Assembly (NCBI GenBank): GCA_965644295.1
Contig: CBFFRP010000077.1
Span: 183,943 to 247,942, forward strand
Direction of reading: 5' to 3'
Length of the DNA stretch: 64,000 bases
DNA from: Paraphysomonas bandaiensis
Lineage: Eukaryota; Protista; Chrysophyceae
A program made the position numbers and the translations under genes. This document shows, in pieces, positions 40,101 to 48,669 of this stretch. Below the pieces are notes generated by a model, which was given only the letters and a program-made list of their open reading frames with translations, did not search any database and was not told the DNA's origin. Within the stretch, counting starts at the first letter, position 1. Each line of letters starts with the position of its first letter.

Positions 40101-41714
40101 TACGACCAATAGCCACGGCAGCCCAATAAGATAGTGCGGAATAAGTCCCAGCTTCCCTCTCTCTCAGATAGAGCACCTTCCCAACGAACACCTCTGGCAC
40201 AGCCTCAATATTTCCTAGTACCGCGAAAAGAAGAACGAAAAAAATCGCACTTAAGGTATTGAAGCTATCATCACTTACATCCCCACTCTTTGTAACCACA
40301 TCCTCGCCTGTTACGTCGACCCCTCTCTGAAGGAATATGACTCCGATTAAGAGCGCTGATACCACCTGGCCGGAGAGTCCGGAGAGCATGTACTCTAGCT
40401 GCAACAACGTTGATCGCCATTCACGATGCATAAGTATTCTAGCCGCTTCCATCCATCCGACCTGCTGGATCTTCTCTCCTGTTTCCACCGCTTGTATATC
40501 TGTTCTTCTTCTTTGCCTAATCGATTCAGACTGATTACATGCTTCCACTAAGACTTCCAGCGGCAATGGTACTCGCGACCCGGCAGGAGCTCTACGTCCA
40601 CACGAAATCTCCAGTAAATACTCAGCGGGGTTCTCATCTTCCTTGTATTCGAGAGACAAGGGTGGAGCATTGAAGTGTCGTAAAGCATCTTCAATAGACC
40701 CCTCATAAATAAGTACCCCCCCAGGGGCAAATAAAATTAACCGATCGAAGAGAGTGAACTGCTGTGGACTTGGCTGATGAATAGTGCACAGAATGGTGCA
40801 TGGAGAAGAAACAGATTCATTTCCACCACTGTGGGAGCCTATACTGAATGTCTTGAGAAGTCGCACAACTTCCAGTGCAGTGGTTGAGTCGAGTCCACTT
40901 GTGGGTTCTGTATATACGTGTAAGACTGATCACCGTTCACAACTATCAACAGCATCGCACCGTCTAGACATATTAGCTGCGGCAACAGAACAATTTCCAC
41001 TGCAATACTTAGGCGTCGTAGCTGCCCTCCTATACAGATATTAAAGTGAGAAATGATGTAATGTATATAAGTACAGCCGAGGATAATAGCTCAACCGTGC
41101 GATATGCAACAAGGGGTACCTGATATTCCTTTTTCAAGAGAGGACCCCACAATGACGTCTGCACAATTCTTGAGATCCAGCATATGTAGAAGGCGATCAA
41201 CTCTTTCCAATTCCTCTCTAGATCCTCTACGAAGACCACACCGGAGCTGTACTGCATAAGAAACGGTTTCTCGTACTGTGAGGCAAGATATGTGTACATC
41301 ATCTTGTAGAACATATGCAATTTGTGATCGAGAGGTTTGATCAGGGAAGAGACCATTCACAGCAAGACGACCAGACACTGTACCATATCGACGTCGACCA
41401 GCTACTAGATCAAGAAATGTACTCTTTCCAGCCCCTGAAATCATTTAATACACTCAATACATATGCATATGATCTATACAGTACTATCCTACCTGATGGT
41501 CCCATAAGTGCTACCATATCACCTAAACACAGCAACAGTTATCCTCATCAACACTTACTAATTAATAAACCTTTATTAATATGAACATTGATGTTATCTA
41601 ACAGTCTGATATCCCCAGTAGCCTATAGATATGTGATTACATAGAGATATAGAGTGAGATGATGAGATATACCGTTGAAATACTATAACATAAGTTTCTA
41701 CAATCTATTGACAT
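37176..41714 (-). CDS. Full-size ABCG/PDR-type transporter (NBD-TMD)x2, multi-exon
   Basis: Two Walker A motifs (GPSGAGK), signatures (ISG.../LSGGQRKR), TxGLDS, TIHQP/TIHLP, two ABC2 membrane domains; ATG at 41714. Confidence 0.92.
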
Positions 41715-42017
41715 GTTATCTTTACTTTAATATCATTTAAAGTATCTCTAAAGTATGTTTATAGGATGTCTATGTATGTATATCTATAAGTCTATGGTGT
41801 ATGGTATATTGCTTATGACTGTAATGTGTGGTAGTTTAAGACGAGAAACAACTTGAGACGAAATATTCCGATATTTGTGTTTGTGGACCATGCCATAAAA
41901 TGGAATACCCCTGGAATAGATTGAACCTGGTTTTCATGGAGCATAAATTTCCAGAGTTTTGCACATATTGAAGGTATGTACTACCTATAACAGTAGTCCA
42001 GAAGTAGGGGTAGCAGA

Positions 42018-42578
42018 GTACATACGTACATACATACATACCTACATACATACATACATACCTGCATACCTACATACCTACATACCTACATACCTACCTA
42101 CCTACCTACCTACCTACCTACATACCTACCTACCTACCTACCTACCTACCTACCTACCTACATACATACATACATACATACATACATACATACATACATA
42201 CATACATACATACATACATACAGCTGTACATACATACATACATACATACATACATACATACATACATACATACATACATACATACATACATACAGCTGTA
42301 CATACATACATACATACATACATACAGCTGTACATACATACATACATACATACATACATACATACATACATACATACATACATACATACATACATACATA
42401 CATACATACATACATACATACATACATACATACATACATACATACATACATACATACATACATACATACATACATACATACATACATACATACATACATA
42501 CATACATACATACATACATACATACATACATACATACATACATACATACATACATACATACATACATACATACATACA
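42018..42578. repeat. (TACA)n/(TACC)n microsatellite with CAGCTG interruptions
   Basis: Read directly from the sequence. Confidence 0.98.
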
Positions 42579-42647
42579 GTGACAGTTAAACTCTTATTAA
42601 TTTCTATTCACAGTCACATAGCACTCACTTCTTCTCTATTAGCAAGT

Positions 42648-42926
42648 ATGCGTCCAGAGGTTATAGATTTAATAAATAAAACAAAGCAAAATATTGCCCG
42701 TAGGAAGAGAGAGATAGAGGATGACACTAGAGCTCATGTGGTTGTGGAGAATAGAATTGTATCCCCTAGTCTTGCTCAAATACCAGGAATGCAACAGTTT
42801 CTTCATCAAGCTAACTCATCAAAAATAAATAATAGTGTAGAAGTCGTTCAAGATGTGTGGTGTCATGGGACTCTACTTAGAGGTGAACTGCATCAGAGGT
42901 ACTCTCCCAGACGTAGTAAGGGATGA
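42648..42926 (+). CDS. Small hypothetical protein (92 aa)
   Basis: ATG-initiated ORF MRPEVIDLINK..., head-to-head with ABCG; no recognised domain. Confidence 0.35.
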   Translation: MRPEVIDLINKTKQNIARRKREIEDDTRAHVVVENRIVSPSLAQIPGMQQFLHQANSSKINNSVEVVQDVWCHGTLLRGELHQRYSPRRSKG

Positions 42927-43139
42927 GGCAGGAGGGTGCACTGATATACCGCTGCCATCCGTTATCTGTACATAGAGATTTTTTTGACGACTACATACAT
43001 AGTGTTTTTACGAAATAAGTATTGTATAGGCAGTATATATGGTTTATGTGTTTAGAATTCGTCTATGCACTGAGTGATTTCCATCAGGCATTTCATAATA
43101 ATGAGTCGAAGTCTATACAAAAAAAGAGTTAGTATCACG

Positions 43140-43414
43140 TGCCCCATTCTGAGCGCGTACTTAGGTAGATCCAGGTGGGGTCCGGGTGGGTACCTAACTA
43201 ATACTTGATTTAAGTCCCATACGTTATTTGCTAGCTACCTACTGAACCCAACTAGCTACATCATTATCACACGGTATTCAGCGCTGAATATGCAGTGAGA
43301 ACCCAGAGTGGGGAACTGCTGAACTAAGCAATGTGTACATAGGTAGATGCGAGCAATCGCAGCACTTACTAGGGGGCCGCACGTAGTGATTAGTTACGCT
43401 GTCAATATGGGGCA
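43140..43414 (+). repeat. 5' LTR
   Basis: Direct repeat of 47957-48231 with 8-bp terminal inverted repeats. Confidence 0.97.
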
Positions 43415-43590
43415 GCTACTCTGTTAGCCGCTTCTATGCCCTTGATATATATTTAGCCTGATACTTAGTTCAACGACTAGCTACACTTGCAACAGGGGAG
43501 TGACGGATAGTAATAATAATATATGATAATCATTATTACTACATCCTTTTCTTATTTTTTTCACAGTTCTCCTGTAGTGTAGTGGCCATT

Positions 43591-44361
43591 TTACTTGGAT
43601 TGAATGGACCGTTTTTCAGAGTTCAATATCGTCTCTTCGTGCTTGATGTCAACGGATGATGGACGACTAAAAATTTTCCAAATAATCAATATAGCAAGGC
43701 ATCCTGGCACCACGTGTATTACTTTTAAGACCACACGCTCAATTATGTGCACTTTATCAATTATTGCATGCAAAAAGCCGAAAGTATTCTTTAGCACGTC
43801 CAATATGATTTCATATATGCCAGCGAACAGTGATGGTATGTAGTCGACGTAATACACAGATTGCAGGGCTATTACCAGTACGATTAATTTACCCAGTGAT
43901 ATTGAAACGAGAGTCCTGAAAATTCCACTTACAAGACTCAACAAACCCGGTATATGGGCTATAATCGCGTACGTAGGTTCATACAAACTCCCAACCAGGT
44001 CAACTATACGCCTCACTAGTGACCTAAAGAACTGTCCCCAAGATTCATTGTTGTCCCTATTTGTGTTTACTCTGTTGTGTCGATAAATACACTTGGCATT
44101 TGAACATCGCCCGTCGTTCCTACATGTTGGAGGGTGGTTGCAAGGGCAAGGGGTGAACGTTTTGCCATAGCCATTTGGGCATTTGTTACCATATTGACAA
44201 GGCTGGTGATCGGAATCGTGTTGGAATGTACAGTTCTTGTTGTAGCATTTAGAGTATGATAGACATCTTGTGTTACGATTACGCATTGTTACAGGGTCAG
44301 ATGGTAAGCAGTCAGTGGTTATAACTTCTTTATAATATCCTTCACTTTCACTTCTATTCAC
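43591..44361 (-). CDS. Cargo ORF: three CCCH-type zinc fingers followed by hydrophobic/TM helices (first ATG 44286)
   Basis: CLSYSKCYNKNCTFQH, CQYGNKC...CPCNH, CRNDGRCSNAKCIYRH; LGKLIVLVIAL and VVPGCLAILIIW hydrophobic segments; intronless. Confidence 0.65.
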   Translation of the reverse strand: MNRSESEGYYKEVITTDCLPSDPVTMRNRNTRCLSYSKCYNKNCTFQHDSDHQPCQYGNKCPNGYGKTFTPCPCNHPPTCRNDGRCSNAKCIYRHNRVNTNRDNNESWGQFFRSLVRRIVDLVGSLYEPTYAIIAHIPGLLSLVSGIFRTLVSISLGKLIVLVIALQSVYYVDYIPSLFAGIYEIILDVLKNTFGFLHAIIDKVHIIERVVLKVIHVVPGCLAILIIWKIFSRPSSVDIKHEETILNSEKRSIQSK

Positions 44362-44709
44362 TTCCGGTTTTCCACAGATTTAATGCATTACAATTTAAGA
44401 TCTTATAGCTAACAGGACACAGGCCGCGGTCCGAAAATTTCCTGGATTTTTCTTCGTCTTGGATTATATGGATATACAGCAGGAATACGTACAGTAGAAG
44501 GTAAGTACAGCAGTGTACAGCAGTGTATATATACCAGCCAGATCTAGGTACTGTACTGTATCCAGGATATGGTATAAGTGTACAGTATGGTGCAGTACGA
44601 ATACCTTCTCATACTACAGCAGTACATACACAGCATAGTAGCTACAGCAGCCAGCACCCACTTAACAAGCAAGATAGATGCATAACCATATCATTCATAC
44701 TCATACACA

Positions 44710-45259
44710 ATGCATTGGATATAAATCACTACTCTTCTCATACTATCCACACCTCATATCGTCTCCAGTGGTGCTATTAATCTCGTGTTAGTGAGGGCTA
44801 CAGGGGATCTTGCACGTAAATACTTATGGGAGAGTATATTCATATAGTTCATAGAGGTACGTATGGGGAACACATACACTCATTCACTGTGTCATATTAA
44901 TATATCTGAAGGGTGACTATGACATGAACGTGTATGCTGCTGCTACTAGACCGTATGATAATGCATGGGCCATCATCGAGCCCGCTGTCAGTGGCTTACA
45001 GTGTAAAGACACGTGGAATAGCGACAGCTGCACTGAAGGCAAGAAAAGATTTATTGAGAGTTTGAAATATGTGCAACTGAGAAATGAAGATCACTATGAA
45101 GGGTTACATGATATGCTTTCACAGTTACCCGAATCCATGAGAATCTTTTACTTATCTGTGTCCCCAAGTCTTTACGAGAACATTGCGGCTACTATCAATA
45201 AAGTTGCACGTCCGAAGGATGCGGCGTTGAGGGTAGTGTTCGAAAAGCCGTTTGGAAAT
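44710..45259 (+). pseudogene. Captured 5' fragment of a hexose/glucose-6-phosphate dehydrogenase (H6PD-like) gene, intron retained
   Basis: Signal-peptide-like start with a TAA; LVLVRATGDLARKYLW (GATGDLA with G>R); a TAG; GT-AG intron ~44857-44911; RIFYLSVSP and LRVVFEKPFG, then truncated. Confidence 0.85.
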
Positions 45260-45368
45260 GTATTATTTCCGTTTTTTACAATTATAAATGAGATGAACTC
45301 TAGAACTTGATGTCTGCTGTGTCCTTATCCTAATATACATAAACGAATGGAACTAGGAATTACAACAG

Positions 45369-45812
45369 TTGACTCGATTGGGAAAACTAATGGGGTTTCG
45401 AATATACGTGGTTGGTAAACACCAATTAGCTAATCGAACTCCCATTCAAAATGAAATGATTATCGTCAACATCGATGACGGCTCCAAAGGTACACATTGG
45501 GTCGCCATATTTTCACGGGGTAAACGTTATTTATATTTCGACTCATTTGCCCTCGCGCCACCAACAAATATCGCGGCGTATATTAAACGTGTGAATGGAA
45601 ATAAAAAAATACCCTACAACAATTCCAAACTACAGGATCCTCGTGCAGAATCGTGCGGTTATTGGTGCGTGCTCTGGTTGGACTATATGAGAAAGCGATC
45701 CATTCTGACAAAATGGTCACTCACCCGAATTCACAACGTATTCACTTCATTATTCAATAATGCAGAACAAAACGAAATCGTATTGCACAAACTATACTCC
45801 GGCTTTTTTTAG
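45369..45812 (+). CDS. Adenain-like (C5-type) cysteine maturation protease of the Polinton/PLV/virophage type; N-terminus possibly truncated
   Basis: IVNID...GTHWVA (His), YFDSF (Asp), LQDPRAESCGYWC (Gln, Cys); in-frame TAG at 45354, first ATG 45390. Confidence 0.88.
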   Translation: MTRLGKLMGFRIYVVGKHQLANRTPIQNEMIIVNIDDGSKGTHWVAIFSRGKRYLYFDSFALAPPTNIAAYIKRVNGNKKIPYNNSKLQDPRAESCGYWCVLWLDYMRKRSILTKWSLTRIHNVFTSLFNNAEQNEIVLHKLYSGFF

Positions 45813-45830
45813 TGCTCTACTAGTAAAAAG

Positions 45831-46301
45831 ATGATCCGCAACGACATAAATCCACTACCCGAGCCACCACGCCCACTGCAACACTCACGCGACGAAGGCA
45901 AGTCGCAGCCACCACTCATTCCCAATAAACGCGTCTTCGGGGTTCTTTTTGAAGGAACGGAACAGGAAATAAAACGAATTCGAGACGAAAAACATGCGTG
46001 CGAATTTTTTAAAGCAGTTCGTACCCATTTAATGTTATTCGACAAATCGCAAAACAAATACAGCGACCGGATATTGCTGTGTACGATGCAATGTGTTGAA
46101 AATTTCATCTTGGGGAAATCACGGGGTTTATTCCGCGAACGACTTGTCATCGAATGTGTGTCTGAATTTTTCGGTGGTGACGAAGATATCATTCGCAAAA
46201 TGATCCAACTCCTCATGCCAAAAATTAAAAACTACAAATGGTTCCGTCGTAACATGAAGAAAGCAATCCGTTTTTTTGCAAACTTGCTTTTGACGAAGTA
46301 A
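45831..46301 (+). CDS. Hypothetical helical protein, probably viral
   Basis: Intronless ATG ORF 18 bp after the protease; basic amphipathic C-terminus; viral origin inferred from context. Confidence 0.55.
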   Translation: MIRNDINPLPEPPRPLQHSRDEGKSQPPLIPNKRVFGVLFEGTEQEIKRIRDEKHACEFFKAVRTHLMLFDKSQNKYSDRILLCTMQCVENFILGKSRGLFRERLVIECVSEFFGGDEDIIRKMIQLLMPKIKNYKWFRRNMKKAIRFFANLLLTK

Positions 46302-46394
46302 CCTCACACCTCACAAGAAAATGGATTCAAATTGGATTTCGATATATCCTTCCACTCATACTCGCCGCCGTGTAATATATACTAGAAAGAAATA

Positions 46395-47194
46395 TTATTC
46401 AGTTGACGACTCAAGACTCCATGTATCACCTGTCAATCTAAAATTGATCGTATTAAACATAGTATAACCGGCGGATGCGATTACAATCCGTATGACTGAA
46501 TATCTCTTTGTTGTTGTCACCGGTTCAGTATATAAAGTTGAGTCTTGAGTAGCGGGAATGCTACGTCATCTATATAACTCCATGTTGTTCCATCATCGGA
46601 ACCAAGGATATAACAAGCTTTCTTTGTTCTTTCCTGTTGTGTGCTTCTTTCCTGTGTTGATATAGATGTCAATCGCATCTTAAAAGGCAATTGTATTTGC
46701 ACCCATTCTCCATCTATGGACTGTGATGTATCAGACATTGTTGAGAAGTAATAATCTGTTCCATTACTGCCTATATAATTACCGGTTGTTCCATCATAAG
46801 CTTCACCAGATGGCATCGCATAAAGAACACCGTCTCTATAATTGTCTATACCATTCGGGCCCGTGTTATTTCTGTTATTCCCCCAGAAAGTCTCGTCACT
46901 ATCATCAAATAACAAGTTACATGAATTTAAAGGATCTACCGTCCTGTACCTACCATATGAAGAGCATTTCAAATTGTAGTCTCCGTTTGCATATGCGGTT
47001 GGACCACTGCCCGCGGAATAAGTTTTCGTCATATGAATGTCAAATACATCTTGACCGTCAAACACCGATCTTAAACCCGTGAAATCATTTGGGAATGTCA
47101 CATCAGATTGATACATGGTGTTGGTGAGTGCGGGTGGGCTTTGGTGGGGGCGGGTTGTATAACTATTAATAAGTAGTGAGAGTGAGCTCAACAT
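46395..47194 (-). pseudogene. Discoidin/F5-8 type C (galactose-binding-like) domain protein with a 1-nt frameshift near 46555
   Basis: GEWVQIQLP...YILGSDDGTTW; the alternate frame continues PATQDSTLYTEPVTTTKRYSVIRIVI...FRLTGDTW...* and completes the fold. Confidence 0.7.
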
Positions 47195-47231
47195 TTTTTG
47201 TTATTACTACATATGGGGTCAGAAAGGGCGT

Positions 47232-47766
47232 TTCTGATTGGTGGAAAAAAACACACATAGATTTTAAATTAATTATAATTTTTCAAAATTTTATGTGTTT
47301 TTTCAAAAAAAACTTGTACGGCAATCAATTTAGGAGGGCTCGGGCATCAAAATTTTATTATATCTATATATATATTCAATTCCGGCGCCCGAATAAAAAC
47401 TAAACTTCAAATCCTCGATTCTGATTGGTGGAAAAAAGCACACATAGATTTTAAATTAATTAAATTTTTCAAAATTTTATGTGTTTTTTCAAAAAAAACT
47501 TGTACGGCAATCAATTTAGGAGGGCTCGCGCGTCAAAATTTTATTATATATATATATTCAATTCCGGCGCCCGAATAAAAACTAAACTTCAAATCCTCGA
47601 TTCTGATTGGCTGAAAATAACACACATAGATTTAAATTAATTAAAATTTTTCAAAATTTTATGTGTTTTTTCAAAAAAAACTTGCACGGCAATCAATTTA
47701 GGAGGGCTCGGGCGTCAAAATTTTATTATATATATATTCAATTCCGGCGCCCAGGGAAAAACTAAA
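47232..47766. repeat. ~2.9 copies of a ~182-187-bp AT-rich tandem repeat
   Basis: Units start ttctgattgg at 47232, 47419 and 47601. Confidence 0.95.
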
Positions 47767-47938
47767 TATCTAATCTTGTCCCTAATTGGAGAAATGGACT
47801 CTAGTCAACCGTGCGGCCTGGTCCACGGCGACTTAGGGTAAGAAAAAAATGGTGGTCAAATGAGTCATGTGGAACACTCTCCTTAGTCACAGTGACCGAG
47901 TTGATCACACATGGGAATGCTGTACTACAGTTGCATTT

Positions 47939-47956
47939 AGGAATACGGGTGGGGGG
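47939..47956 (+). other. Polypurine tract of the LTR element
   Basis: aggaatacgggtgggggg directly abuts the TG of the 3' LTR. Confidence 0.7.
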
Positions 47957-48231
47957 TGCCCCATTCTGAGCGCGTACTTAGGTAGATCCAGGTGGGGTCC
48001 GGGTGGGTACCTAACTAATACTTGATTTAAGTCCCATACGTTATTTGCTAGCTACCTACTGAACCCAACTAGCTACATCATTATCACACGGTATTCAGCG
48101 CTGAATATGCAGTGAGAACCCAGAGTGGGGAACTGCTGAACTAAGCAATGTGTACATAGGTAGATGCGAGCAATCGCAGCACTTACTAGGGGGCCGCACG
48201 TAGTGATTAGTTACGCTGTCAATATGGGGCA
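47957..48231 (+). repeat. 3' LTR
   Basis: Direct repeat of 43140-43414. Confidence 0.97.
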
Positions 48232-48669
48232 TCACGGTTTGGTCGTTCTTGACATCACCGTAATTCGTACCACGTTTAATTCGAGTAGTTAATAGCACTA
48301 CTAACAGGCATTGTACTAAATGTCCATGTCTGCACATACTACTACTAAATATTATATATCATACCCCCTAGTACTATTAACTACTGAGAGCAGTATCGGT
48401 GTTGTCGTAACGGGTGAGTTGGACAAAAGTAATGTTGTCGAGTCTAATGCACACAGATCGGCGTTGCACTTATTATGAATCTCATGTCTAGCAATGCCTA
48501 GTTTGCGATGTGTGTAATTTAGTTCGCTACAATACGACCATGAATAATGTAAAATAGCTATACACCATGCATGTCTTTCTGTCACTGTTACCAAATCACC
48601 AAACAATGTAACATTATTATGGTGCCGTACAACTCCTATATCATGAATAAACTACTGCACGAGCAAATA

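Larger units (their letters stand above)
43140..48231 (+). mobile_element. Non-autonomous LTR retroelement (5092 bp) carrying host and viral cargo; no gag/pol
   Basis: Two 275-bp LTRs, identical by eye; TGCCCCAT...ATGGGGCA termini; 5-bp TSD TCACG (43135-43139 / 48232-48236); purine tract before the right LTR. Confidence 0.95.

Noticed and set aside
41959-42582. ORFs of YIHT/MYVC repeats (also 53005-53500)
   Set aside because: Translations of the (TACA)n microsatellite
47232-47766. CRISPR-like array (also considered for 62053-62870)
   Set aside because: Contiguous tandem units without unique spacers, no cas genes, eukaryotic context
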